64,000 nt of DNA from Clostridia bacterium (lineage in GTDB: Bacteria > Bacillota > Clostridia > Oscillospirales > SIG627): positions 3,054 to 67,053 of the forward strand of contig JAFQMA010000045.1 of assembly GCA_017414535.1 (NCBI GenBank), given 5' to 3'. The notes below the pieces were generated by a model. It searched no databases. It was not told where the DNA came from and saw nothing but the letters and a program-made list of their open reading frames with translations. Shown piece by piece: positions 1-8,765 of this stretch. A program made the translations under genes and the position numbers. The first letter of the stretch is position 1, and each line of letters begins with the position of its first letter.

Positions 1-1692
1 GAGGACCTGAATGTCCTCGTCCTTCCAACCCTCCGCAGAGCCGTAGGCAATGCGAAGCTCTCTGCCGCAGGTGCCCAGAATATCCAGATAGCCGTCCTTG
101 TTCAGATCGGCGCAGTGACCGCCCCAGGCAAGGGGAATGTCGATCTTGACAACGTTCTCGTCAGAGAAGCCGTCGGGGCCGCCGAAGAACAGATCGCTGG
201 GCAGGTTCAGCTGAGGCTGATCCTCGCCGTTCTGCATGATGAGAATATCGGGATAGCCGTCGTCGTTAAAGTCGCAGGGGACCATGGTGCCCGCGGAGTG
301 ACCGAGAAATTCCAGTCGGCGATCACCCTTGTAGCCGTCGGGACCGCCCAGATATACGTGCACGGGGATATGGCCGTAGGCGGCGCTCTCCTGCTGGTTG
401 AAGAAGATCAGCTCAAGCTTGCCGTCACCGTTCACGTCCTCGGCATAGACCTCAATGCAGTTGTGGGTGGTGAAGCGGCGGGGCTCCTCTGCGATCCTGC
501 CGTTTTCATCCACGGGATATAGGTGAGATTCGGTGGTGTATGCCTCGTGACCTCTGCCCAGTGCGATGACGATATCGTCGTGGCCGTTGCCGCTCAGATC
601 CGCCAGGATCACGTCGCGGGGGGTCAGAACGGGCATGGTTCGAACGGGAGCGTCAAGGCCGTTCTTTTCAAAGAACACCAGTGCCTTTTGATCCTCCAGA
701 CTGTTGACCTGCAGGAACACCATATCCTCGCTTTCCGCGGTATCGATATGACCGATGGCCATCTCAATGACGTTGGGAATGGGAAGGACGATCTTTTCGG
801 AGGGTGCTCTGCCCTCAAAGCGGATCAGTTGAACCTCCTTCTCGTTGGCGTAGAAGAGGTATTCCTTGCCCTTGTATTTGACAAACTTCGGACGGCAAAA
901 TTCGTGGTACTCCACGTTACCGCCACCCATGCCCAGAAGGTCAAATCGCTTTCCGTCGTCGGTGCGGGGGGCAACCTCGGTGCAGTTCTGACGGTCAAAG
1001 CCGTCCTTGCCGCCCCACAGAACGATCCACTGTCCGTCCTTGGTACGGCAGTACAGATCGTCACAGCCGTCCCCGTCCACGTCACCTGCAACGAACCAGG
1101 TCAGATCGGGAGTGGGGTAATCCTTGTAGTTCTCCACGCCGATGCCGATCTCGGTCTTGTGATAGACGCGCAGTCTGTAATTGTACAGAAGAGCAGGGGA
1201 GAAGGAGACCTCGGGGCTGGTGGAAACGAGATAGCAAAGCTCCGTCTCGCCGTCTCCGTCAAAGTCGCCGGAAACCACGCAGCAGCACCCGGGTGCGGCC
1301 AGATCGATCTTGCGGTTCTCGGTAATACCGTCGGCACCGCCGAAATAGATGTAGGAGGCAAGGTCGCAGTGGTGGCCATCGTTGTTGGCGGCCAGGATCA
1401 CGTCGGCAAAGCCGTCTCCGTTAAAGTCGCATACGTGTCCTGCTTGACAAGCCGTGGTGAGCACGCTCTTGCACTCTGCCTTACCGCAGGGATCGTAAAT
1501 AATGTAGGTATCGGGATGCTCTGCATAGTCGTGGCTGTTGGCAATGAGCAGATCCACGTAACCGTCCTGGTTTACGTCAAAGCGCCAGATCCTTTGCAGA
1601 ACACCCTTTTTGGATACGTAAAGGTTGGGTGCGGAATCGCCGAAGCTTCCCTTGGAAAGCTCCTCGAAGCCGGAGGCAGACCATTTTTTCAT
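1..1692 (-). CDS. FG-GAP/VCBS-repeat (beta-propeller) protein; N-terminus complete, C-terminus beyond the window start
   Basis: Absent from the ORF track because it runs off the left edge. The minus strand is open from ATG 1692 (AAAGGA RBS about 7 nt upstream) to position 1, which is 564 codons. The translation MKKWSASGFEELSKG... has at least 8 Ca-binding-like blades: DVNQDGYVD, DFNGDGFAD, DFDGDGETE, DVDGDGCDD, DLSGNGHDD, DVNGDGKLE, DFNDDGYPD, DLNKDGYLD. Plus-strand ORFs 115-522 and 523-1734 are its antisense shadows. No signal peptide is evident. Confidence 0.7.
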   Translation of the reverse strand, partial: MKKWSASGFEELSKGSFGDSAPNLYVSKKGVLQRIWRFDVNQDGYVDLLIANSHDYAEHPDTYIIYDPCGKAECKSVLTTACQAGHVCDFNGDGFADVILAANNDGHHCDLASYIYFGGADGITENRKIDLAAPGCCCVVSGDFDGDGETELCYLVSTSPEVSFSPALLYNYRLRVYHKTEIGIGVENYKDYPTPDLTWFVAGDVDGDGCDDLYCRTKDGQWIVLWGGKDGFDRQNCTEVAPRTDDGKRFDLLGMGGGNVEYHEFCRPKFVKYKGKEYLFYANEKEVQLIRFEGRAPSEKIVLPIPNVIEMAIGHIDTAESEDMVFLQVNSLEDQKALVFFEKNGLDAPVRTMPVLTPRDVILADLSGNGHDDIVIALGRGHEAYTTESHLYPVDENGRIAEEPRRFTTHNCIEVYAEDVNGDGKLELIFFNQQESAAYGHIPVHVYLGGPDGYKGDRRLEFLGHSAGTMVPCDFNDDGYPDILIMQNGEDQPQLNLPSDLFFGGPDGFSDENVVKIDIPLAWGGHCADLNKDGYLDILGTCGRELRIAYGSAEGWKDEDIQVL

Positions 1693-1884
1693 GGTAAGAT
1701 CCTTTCTTTTTTAGAGTCTTCTCCCGTTTTTTAGAGATTGCTTTCATTATACTGAAAAAAATTCTCCTTGGCAACGGATTTCTATCTTTTTATGTTACAA
1801 AAGGACTGCTGATTTTGAAAAGAGGTTTTTTTTGGAAATGATATTGCTCTCTTTGCTTGTCGCGCGTTTTTCTTTGTTTTTTTC

Positions 1885-1914
1885 TTGCATAGCGGCGAGG
1901 GAATATGTTATAAT
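1885..1914 (+). promoter_or_regulatory. sigma-A-type promoter upstream of the SDR gene
   Basis: TTGCAT (1885-1890), an 18-nt spacer, then TGtTATAAT (TATAAT at 1909-1914). Confidence 0.45.
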
Positions 1915-1947
1915 AATGAAAATGAAACAAAAGAGAAGGAGCCTTCC

Positions 1948-2694
1948 ATGAAATTAAAGAATAAGATCGCCATTATCACCGGAGGCAGTCGCGGTATCGG
2001 CTTTGCTACGGCAGAGCGCTTCTTGGCCGAGGGTGCTACCGTCATTATTACGGCCAGCTCTCCCGCCACTGTGGAGAAGGGAGTCACGGCTCTCCGTGCG
2101 CGCCACCCCGAGGGCACCGTGGAGGGCATCAGCCCCAACCTTGCGGATACCGCCTCTGTTCGTGCCGCCTTTGACGCCGTTGCCGAAAAGTACGGCCGCA
2201 TCGATATTCTGGTCAATAACGCAGGCGTTTCCGAAAGCACTCCCTTTACAGCTTATACCGAGGAGCTTTACGATAAGGTCATGGATCTGAACGTGAAGGG
2301 CGTGTTCAACGCCACCCATGCCGTTGCCGAGCGCATGGTGGGGCAGGGCGGCGGCGTGATCCTTTCCACCTCCTCCATGGTCAGCATCTCCGGCCAGCCC
2401 GCGGGCTTTGCCTATCCCGCCTCCAAGTTTGCCGTCAACGGTCTTACCGTGTCTTTGGCCCGCGAGCTCGGACCTAAGGGCATTCGCGTTAACGCCGTAG
2501 CGCCCGGCATCATTGAGACCGATATGATGAAGGCCGTGCCGAAGGAGGTTATCGAGCCCATGATCGCCCGTGTACCCCTGCGCCGCCTCGGTCAGCCAGA
2601 GGATATTGCCAACGCCTTCGTCTTCCTCGCCTCCGACGAGGCTTCCTATATCACGGGAGTCATCCTCAGCGTGGACGGAATGGCCAGATCCTGA
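1948..2694 (+). CDS. Short-chain dehydrogenase/reductase (FabG-like 3-oxoacyl reductase family)
   Basis: ATG 1948 follows a GAAGGAG RBS. Motifs present: TGGSRGIG cofactor motif, NNAG, catalytic YPASK (YxxxK). The track start at 1885 lies inside the promoter, so the internal ATG is preferred. Confidence 0.9.
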   Translation: MKLKNKIAIITGGSRGIGFATAERFLAEGATVIITASSPATVEKGVTALRARHPEGTVEGISPNLADTASVRAAFDAVAEKYGRIDILVNNAGVSESTPFTAYTEELYDKVMDLNVKGVFNATHAVAERMVGQGGGVILSTSSMVSISGQPAGFAYPASKFAVNGLTVSLARELGPKGIRVNAVAPGIIETDMMKAVPKEVIEPMIARVPLRRLGQPEDIANAFVFLASDEASYITGVILSVDGMARS

Positions 2695-2725
2695 TTTTGA
2701 AAAACTATCCTGTACGTATGACAAA

Positions 2726-2757
2726 AAGTCGCAGAACGACCTTCTGCGACTTTTTTG
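2726..2757 (+). terminator. Rho-independent terminator after the SDR gene
   Basis: AAGTCGCAGAA / TTCTGCGACTT stem followed by a T-run. Confidence 0.7.
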
Positions 2758-2775
2758 CGTTTTATACGAAAACAG

Positions 2776-2804
2776 TTGACAGCAAGAGACAAAAATGATA
2801 AAAT
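2776..2804 (+). promoter_or_regulatory. sigma-A-type promoter for the lipoprotein gene
   Basis: TTGACA (2776-2781), a 17-nt spacer, then TGaTAAAAT (2799-2804). Confidence 0.45.
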
Positions 2805-2834
2805 TTTAATATAATCACAATAGAGGAGGTTGCT

Positions 2835-4271
2835 ATGACCTTAAAGCTTCGCATCACGTCTCTTTTTCTGTCCTTTATATTGATCCTGTCCCTGTGCGCT
2901 TGCGATCTTTTTGCCCCCGAAACGACGGCGCCTACCTCTGCGGAGGAGGCTCCCTTCGTTCCCACCGACGCCAATGAACTGTGGAATAAAATGAACGAGG
3001 TCATGGCTGCACAGACCGGCTATTCCGAAAAGATGGAATCTTCTCTTACTATTTACTACAGTGGATTTGAGATGGTCAGCATCATCGCGGCGAACGGAAC
3101 GTACGATCGCTCCGACGGCACTCTGCGTTATTATTTCGACGGCACTATCACCAATTCCTCCGAGGAAATGAGTTATTCCGATGAGACCAAGACGATGGAG
3201 GCGTTTTGTGACGGTAAATATTACCTTTCCGTGAAGAATGCTGACTACGATCAAAAGCTGTGTGCGCCCATGACGGAGGAGGAATACCGTGACATGAGCC
3301 GATCCGACATGCTGACCGACGTAGACTTTTTGGATTGTACCCGTCGCGAATTTGCCGAGGCTGACGGCGGCTGGAGCATGAAATTCTCCGGCTATACGAA
3401 GAAGGCCGTTCACAGCTTCCTTGAGTTTATTGAATTAACTGAGGAGGATCTCGGCGCCGCCGTAGAGGATATGGAGACCGCAGTAGCTACCGATGCGGAA
3501 TTCCGATGCCTTTCCCTTTCCGTGAAGCTGTTCTTCGACGTGGATGAAAGCTCTACCACCAAGCCTGAGTTCAGCATGTCCTCAAGCTATGCCGATTTCG
3601 GTACCGCCGCCTTTGATCCCACGCTGTTCGTTCCGGAGGAATTTACGCAGGTGGATGATCTGCGCATATTGGAGGATCTGCCCAAGGCCATGGAAGAGCT
3701 GGCCTCCGCTACGGAAGGTAAATTCTCTGCCGATCTCGTTTTAAAGACGACAGTCGAGGGATACGGAGAAAGCGAAGCCAATCAGCACAGTCAGGTGAGC
3801 TTCGGCAAAAAGAACGGCAGCATCTATTATGATCTTGACATGACGCTGGATGGAGAAAAGTACGTCATCAGCTATAAAAACGGACTTGAGACCGTTCAGT
3901 ATGGCGGAGAATCCTTTACGGACGATATCTCCGAGCGGGAGGCACAGGAATTTTTGAGTAATCTTATCGACGGCGCGGAGTTTTACGCTTCATCCGTTAC
4001 CGGCGTAGAGAAGAAGGGCGAGGGAGTGTACCTGCTTCACATTGAAAAGGTGAAAACGGACCTTCACGCCTCCGGTGCGGAGGAAAGCGGCATTGAGATC
4101 ACGGGCGGCTCTCAGGAGATCACCGTTACCTTTAACGGAGACGCTCTCCAAAGCATCGAAAGCACCGTGATCATGGCGGCTGTCATTGACGACGGCGGGC
4201 AAAAGGTGCCTGTAAGCTATCACATTCACTCCGTTGTTACCGTGGAGAGCGCTACGCTTCCCACTGCATAA
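2835..4271 (+). CDS. Secreted lipoprotein of unknown function
   Basis: GGAGG RBS. The signal peptide has a lipobox, LSLCA-C (MTLKLRITSLFLSFILILSLCAC). The mature part is acidic and globular. I recognise no catalytic motif. Confidence 0.75.
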   Translation: MTLKLRITSLFLSFILILSLCACDLFAPETTAPTSAEEAPFVPTDANELWNKMNEVMAAQTGYSEKMESSLTIYYSGFEMVSIIAANGTYDRSDGTLRYYFDGTITNSSEEMSYSDETKTMEAFCDGKYYLSVKNADYDQKLCAPMTEEEYRDMSRSDMLTDVDFLDCTRREFAEADGGWSMKFSGYTKKAVHSFLEFIELTEEDLGAAVEDMETAVATDAEFRCLSLSVKLFFDVDESSTTKPEFSMSSSYADFGTAAFDPTLFVPEEFTQVDDLRILEDLPKAMEELASATEGKFSADLVLKTTVEGYGESEANQHSQVSFGKKNGSIYYDLDMTLDGEKYVISYKNGLETVQYGGESFTDDISEREAQEFLSNLIDGAEFYASSVTGVEKKGEGVYLLHIEKVKTDLHASGAEESGIEITGGSQEITVTFNGDALQSIESTVIMAAVIDDGGQKVPVSYHIHSVVTVESATLPTA

Positions 4272-4277
4272 GAAAAA

Positions 4278-4625
4278 ATGGCACTTCTTCCCGAATACGT
4301 AAAGCATTTGGTGGATTCCACCCTCCCCGAAAAGGAAGAGCTTCCCCATAGCCATCATCCCAAGGCGGATTATACCTTTCTCCTCCTGCGAAACGTCTTC
4401 GTTGGCTTGGCCGCCGTGCTCTTTTTGATGGCGCTGTTTGTCAGAGAGTATCACACGCTCCTCAACGGGATCGCCTACGTCAGCGGCGCCGTGGCCTATC
4501 TTGCGGAGTGCCTTGCGGTCACCGACTGCTTCCGCACCAAGGTACCCCATACGGAGCTGTTTATGGTCTATTGCTTTGGACCGCTCTATCTTCTCATGGG
4601 GTTGAACTATCTGTTTTGGCACTGA
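4278..4625 (+). CDS. Small hydrophobic membrane protein (hypothetical)
   Basis: 115-aa ORF immediately downstream of the lipoprotein gene with 2-3 hydrophobic segments. The RBS is weak, so the call is tentative. Confidence 0.4.
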   Translation: MALLPEYVKHLVDSTLPEKEELPHSHHPKADYTFLLLRNVFVGLAAVLFLMALFVREYHTLLNGIAYVSGAVAYLAECLAVTDCFRTKVPHTELFMVYCFGPLYLLMGLNYLFWH

Positions 4626-4640
4626 GATAAAAGGGGAAAC

Positions 4641-4675
4641 GATAAAAGCTCTATCGCAAGATAGGGCTTTTATCA
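4641..4675 (+). terminator. Hairpin/terminator
   Basis: GATAAAAGCTCTATC-GCAA-GATAGGGCTTTTATC forms a 15-bp stem with one G-U pair. Confidence 0.5.
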
Positions 4676-4767
4676 TACTGCAAAACGGACAGCTTTTTTC
4701 TTGACTTTGTTTTTGTTTGAAGCCATAATAAAAGCACAAAAAAGACAGACTGAAAGGAATGACCGTA

Positions 4768-5754
4768 ATGGAACAAAAAGCCTATATCATCGGTGAGGAG
4801 ACCGTCAAAAAGCTTCTGACCGTGGACGATGTTATCGATATTTGTGAAAAAACCTGGCGCTGGTATGGTGAGGGAAGGGTAGTTATGCCCAATAAGATCA
4901 CCACCGATATGTCCTCTCAGGGAGTAGCAGGCTGGTTCAATTCCATGCCCGCCTACATCGCTCCCTTGAACGCCGCAGGCCTCAAGCTTGTGGGAGGCTA
5001 CGACGGAAACCGCGCCAAGGGCCTGCCTTATATCAAGGCCAACGTGATCCTGACCGATCCCGAAACGGGCGTGCTCCGCGCCGTTGTCAGCGGCGACTTT
5101 ATCAACGATGCCCGCACCGGTGCTCAGCCCGCCATCATGACTCGCCTCCTTGCCTCCTCCACGGAGACCGTGTGCTTTATCGGCACGGGATTGATGGCCT
5201 ATTACAGCCTTCTTTGTATGTCCAAGACCCTTCCCATCTCCCGTGTGAAACTCTGCGATATTTCCGAGGAGGCCATGGATCGCTTCATTGCCCGTTTTCC
5301 CGACGCGCCCTTTACCTTTGTAAAGTGCAAGAGCAACGAGGAGGGCTGCCGCGATGCCGATGTGATCATTACCGTCACCAATGCCGATGCCGATCTGGTG
5401 GAGGAGCCTTGGGTGAAAAAGGGTGCCTTGGTCATGACTATGGGCTCCTTCCGCGAGGTTTCCTTTGACGTGGTGCGCAAGGCGGACCGCATCGCCGTGG
5501 ATCAGGTGGGCCAATCCCTCCACCGCGGAAATTTGAAAGAACTTGCTGAAATGGGCGAGATCACGGAGGATTCCTTCGATCTGATCGTGCCCGAGGTGCT
5601 GGCAGGAAAATATTCGGTCAACCGCCTTCCCGACGAGCGAATCTATGCCCAGATCATCGGCACGGGCATGCTGGACGTAGCCTGCGCCGCCGTTGTTTTG
5701 GAAAAGCTCCGTGAGAGAGGGGAAGAGGCATTGCTTGCCGATATGTTGAAATGA
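4768..5754 (+). CDS. Ornithine cyclodeaminase / mu-crystallin family NAD(P) enzyme
   Basis: Family-typical layout: ...MPNK...MPAY...GLKLVGGY..N...GLPYI.A.V.L.DPETG...DARTGAQ...FIGTGLMAYY (Rossmann)...DVIITVT. The second ATG (4768) has better spacing to the AAAGGA RBS than the track start at 4759. Confidence 0.8.
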   Translation: MEQKAYIIGEETVKKLLTVDDVIDICEKTWRWYGEGRVVMPNKITTDMSSQGVAGWFNSMPAYIAPLNAAGLKLVGGYDGNRAKGLPYIKANVILTDPETGVLRAVVSGDFINDARTGAQPAIMTRLLASSTETVCFIGTGLMAYYSLLCMSKTLPISRVKLCDISEEAMDRFIARFPDAPFTFVKCKSNEEGCRDADVIITVTNADADLVEEPWVKKGALVMTMGSFREVSFDVVRKADRIAVDQVGQSLHRGNLKELAEMGEITEDSFDLIVPEVLAGKYSVNRLPDERIYAQIIGTGMLDVACAAVVLEKLRERGEEALLADMLK

Positions 5755-6440
5755 CCGATCCTATTTTTCGCACCAAGCTTCCCGAGGACGTAGCGGAGCG
5801 CATGATAGAGAGGATCCGCAGTCAGGAGTGGGGCGTGGGCATGAAGCTCCCCTCCGAGCCTGACCTTGCCATTTTTTTTGACGTGAGCCGTGCCACGGTG
5901 CGCGTGGCCGTCAAAAGCCTGGGGCGCATGGGCGTGCTTCGTTCCAAAAGCGGCTCCGGCACCTATGTGACGGAATCTGCCCCGTTGATCCTGGAAAAAA
6001 AGGAGCTGGCCATGGCCAGCGATTCCAAGGAGACCCTTTATTCGCTCATTCAGGCGCGCTTCTACATCGAACCGATCCTTGCCTCCTTAGCGGCAGAGAA
6101 TGCCACTATGGAGGAATGCGCTGCCCTCTTTTCCGTGGTGGAGGAGATGGAGGCTCATCCCGACCGCCATTCTCTTATGGCTTACGGCTCTCGCTTTCAT
6201 CAGCAGATCGCCTCTGCCGCTCACAATCAGGTTCTCTCCGATTTCTGCCGCTCCATTGCGGCACAGCTTCGCGGCCTGCGGGCGCTGGAGCATCTGACCG
6301 AAGAAATGTTCATCGACGGTATCGAGGAACACCGAGCCATCGCTCTTGCCATTGAGGACGGTAACCCCTCTCTTGCGGCAGAGACGATGCGCGCCCACCT
6401 GAAAAAGGACTACGGTCTCTATCTGGACCGTATCGAATAA
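5751..6440 (+). CDS. GntR/FadR-family transcriptional regulator (wHTH + FCD domain)
   Basis: LPSEPDLAIFFDVSRATVRVAVKSLGRMGVLRSKSGSGTYV winged helix plus a helical FCD-like C-terminal domain. Its ATGA start overlaps the upstream OCD gene. Confidence 0.85.
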   Translation: MTDPIFRTKLPEDVAERMIERIRSQEWGVGMKLPSEPDLAIFFDVSRATVRVAVKSLGRMGVLRSKSGSGTYVTESAPLILEKKELAMASDSKETLYSLIQARFYIEPILASLAAENATMEECAALFSVVEEMEAHPDRHSLMAYGSRFHQQIASAAHNQVLSDFCRSIAAQLRGLRALEHLTEEMFIDGIEEHRAIALAIEDGNPSLAAETMRAHLKKDYGLYLDRIE

Positions 6441-6444
6441 CAAA

Positions 6445-6480
6445 AAGCCCTTTGCTTTTACGCAAAGGGCTTATGCTTTT
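6445..6480. terminator. Bidirectional terminator between convergent genes
   Basis: AAGCCCTTTGC-TTTTAC-GCAAAGGGCTT hairpin flanked by A- and T-runs. Confidence 0.6.
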
Positions 6481-6491
6481 TATAGATGGGA

Positions 6492-7364
6492 TCAGCTCAA
6501 AAGGAATACCGCAACGGCACCGATCCCGAGGCCGATCCACTGCAAAGGTCTGAGGCGCTCCTTAAAGAGAAGCACGGAGGCCAGCGTGGAAAGAGCAACG
6601 CCTCCGATGGCCAGCACAGGGTAGATAAAGCTGGTAGACAGCTTGGTCTGCGCCATGAGGATGAAGAATACGTTGGCAAGTGCGCAGCAGACACCGCTGG
6701 CAAGGCCGATATGCCAGTTTTCCTCCACCGTTTCCTTCCATTCGCTTTTGTCGTCCTTCAGGGAGAGCAGAACGGTGGCCACCAGCGCGAACAGCGCCGC
6801 AAAGAACATCAGCTGACTGCCGTGGCGATGATAAAATTCGATCTGCTGGGTGCGCTGAACGATGTTGCAGGCCGCGTTGGAGACCAAAAGCAGAAGCAGG
6901 AACAGGACCCAGATCACGGAGGTCTTTTTGGGCCCTCCGTTCTTGGGCTTGGGCTCCAAAAGGCAGAGCAACAGAGCAATGACGATCAGTACTATGCCTA
7001 CGATCACCACGGGGGTAACGGGTTCTTTCCAGAAGAAAAAGCCCCAAACGGAAACCAGCACGAAGGCCACCTGCTTAAAGAAGGAGGTGACGGAGGCGGA
7101 GCCGTGCTTGATGCCGCCCGTCAGTCCCGTAAAGAACAGGGCAAGGCATATGCCGTATACGGCAGAATAAGACAAAACGTAGGGGTGAAAGGTGAAATCA
7201 AAAATGTAAAGAATGCCCCAGCAGATCGCATTGGATGCTGCGATCATGCAGTTGAACAGAGTGGAAACGTTCCTTTTCCCCGCCGTGTTCTTCTCATAGA
7301 ACATGCCTGCCACGCTCATGGCGGCACTGAGCAGAACGGCAAGGATCAAATAAAAGTAAGACAT
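6492..7364 (-). CDS. DMT-superfamily (EamA-like) membrane transporter
   Basis: 290 aa with about 10 hydrophobic helices in two halves. AGGAG RBS. Plus-strand ORF 6486-7403 is its shadow. Confidence 0.7.
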   Translation of the reverse strand: MSYFYLILAVLLSAAMSVAGMFYEKNTAGKRNVSTLFNCMIAASNAICWGILYIFDFTFHPYVLSYSAVYGICLALFFTGLTGGIKHGSASVTSFFKQVAFVLVSVWGFFFWKEPVTPVVIVGIVLIVIALLLCLLEPKPKNGGPKKTSVIWVLFLLLLLVSNAACNIVQRTQQIEFYHRHGSQLMFFAALFALVATVLLSLKDDKSEWKETVEENWHIGLASGVCCALANVFFILMAQTKLSTSFIYPVLAIGGVALSTLASVLLFKERLRPLQWIGLGIGAVAVFLLS

Positions 7365-7423
7365 AGCGATTCTCCTTTTTTTTCTGTGACGATTGTAGCA
7401 TAAAGCAGGCCTGTTTTCAAGCC

Positions 7424-7452
7424 TTGCAATTTATTTTTTTGTGTGCTATACT
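7424..7452 (+). promoter_or_regulatory. sigma-A-type promoter for the larA-like operon
   Basis: TTGCAA (7424-7429), a 17-nt spacer, then TGcTATACT (7447-7452). Confidence 0.4.
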
Positions 7453-7481
7453 GAAGCCGAAAAAGAAAGAGAGGAAATTCC

Positions 7482-8759
7482 ATGACAAAGCTTTCGTTTC
7501 CTTACGGAAAAAACACCTTGGAATATGATTTTTCCGAAGAGCGCCTGCAGGGCGTTCTCCTTTCCCGTTTAGAAGAATATATCCCCGAAAAGGGAGAGCA
7601 GGAGTTGGTTTTGGAGGCGCTGGCCACCCCCATCGGCACACCGAGCCTTGCGGAGCTTTCCCGCGGCAAGAAAAAGGTAGTCCTTATCGCCAGTGACCAT
7701 ACCCGTCCCGTGCCCTCCCGTCTGATCGTGCCGCCTATGCTCTCCGAGATCCGGCGCGGCAACCCCGAGGCGGAGATCACCATTCTCGTGGCTACGGGCT
7801 GTCATCGCGGCACTACGAGGGAGGAGCTGGTCTCAAAATTCGGTGAGGAGCTGGTGGCAAAGGAAAGAATCGTGGTTCACGATTGTGATGACGAAGCCTC
7901 CCTTGCTCCCTTGGGGATCCTGCCCTCGGGCGGTCTGTGCCGCATCCACTCCCTCGCCCTGAAGGCGGATCTGCTTGTATCCGAGGGCTTTATCGAGCCC
8001 CATTTCTTCGCGGGCTTTTCCGGCGGCAGAAAAAGCGTCTTGCCGGGCATCTGTGCCAGAGAAACGGTGCTGGCCAATCACTGCTCGGAATTTATCGCCT
8101 CACCCCATGCCAAAACGGGCATTCTGGAGGGAAATCCCATCCACGAGGATATGCTCTGGGCCGCTAAAAAGGCAGGGCTTGCTTTCGTAGTCAACGTGGT
8201 GCTGAACGGCGAAAAAAAGGTGGTCTGTGCGGTAGCGGGTGACGTCGAGCAGGCTCACGCCGCGGGCTGTGAATTTCTGTCCGAAAGGTGTGTGGCTCAT
8301 CCTGTTCCCGCCGATATCGTTATCTCCACCAACGGCGGCTATCCCTTGGATCAGAACGTCTATCAGGCCGTGAAAGGGATGACCGCTGCGGAAAGCACCG
8401 TAAAAAAGGACGGTGTCATCATCATGCTGGCCGAAAGCGGCGACGGTGTGGGAGGAGATCATTTCTTCCACCAGCTGGCTGACGAGCCCTCCATCGAAAA
8501 GACAATGGCGGGTTTTCTTGCCCGTTCCCGCGGCGAGACCATGCCCGATCAGTGGCAGACCCAGATCCTTCTGCGGGTGATGATGCACGCCCGCGTTATT
8601 TTCATCTCCTCCTTGGAGGATGACCTGATCCGCCAAATGCACATGACCCCCGCTCACAGCATCGGTGAGGCTTTGGCCTTGGCCAAGGAAATGCTGGGGA
8701 GGGAAGACCCCACCGTTACAGCCATTCCCGACGGCGTTGCCGTGGTGGTCAGAAAGTGA
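7482..8759 (+). CDS. LarA-family (DUF2088) nickel-pincer-dependent 2-hydroxyacid racemase/epimerase homolog
   Basis: Motifs ASDHTRPVPS, TGCHRG, EPHFFAGFSGGRKS with a His 16 residues after the Lys, and YQAVK. These correspond to the catalytic and cofactor-binding residues I recall for L. plantarum LarA. Confidence 0.85.
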   Translation: MTKLSFPYGKNTLEYDFSEERLQGVLLSRLEEYIPEKGEQELVLEALATPIGTPSLAELSRGKKKVVLIASDHTRPVPSRLIVPPMLSEIRRGNPEAEITILVATGCHRGTTREELVSKFGEELVAKERIVVHDCDDEASLAPLGILPSGGLCRIHSLALKADLLVSEGFIEPHFFAGFSGGRKSVLPGICARETVLANHCSEFIASPHAKTGILEGNPIHEDMLWAAKKAGLAFVVNVVLNGEKKVVCAVAGDVEQAHAAGCEFLSERCVAHPVPADIVISTNGGYPLDQNVYQAVKGMTAAESTVKKDGVIIMLAESGDGVGGDHFFHQLADEPSIEKTMAGFLARSRGETMPDQWQTQILLRVMMHARVIFISSLEDDLIRQMHMTPAHSIGEALALAKEMLGREDPTVTAIPDGVAVVVRK

Positions 8760-8765
8760 GTTTAT

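Noticed and set aside
115-1734. Plus-strand ORFs 115-522 and 523-1734 (135 and 403 aa)
   Set aside because: Their Val/Ala/Gly-rich translations have no recognisable motifs or RBS. They lie exactly antisense to a motif-rich FG-GAP repeat gene that runs off the window edge, so they are shadow ORFs.
1954-2724. Long antisense ORFs throughout the window. Examples: 1954-2724, 3990-4739, 4651-5523, 6486-7403, 8778-9773, 9656-10672, 11838-12683, 15449-16681, 17759-18883, 20589-21218, 21372-22088, 24359-25402, 25424-26239, 27236-28510, 28591-29808, 40904-41722, 43676-44233, 47610-48836, 48879-50339, 52513-53565, 56910-57617, 58931-59950, 61278-62171
   Set aside because: Each overlaps, on the opposite strand, a gene with strong family motifs. 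Several span two real genes and their intergenic spacer (e.g. 48879-50339 crosses glf and the GT2 gene). GC-rich third positions suppress stop codons in reverse frames.
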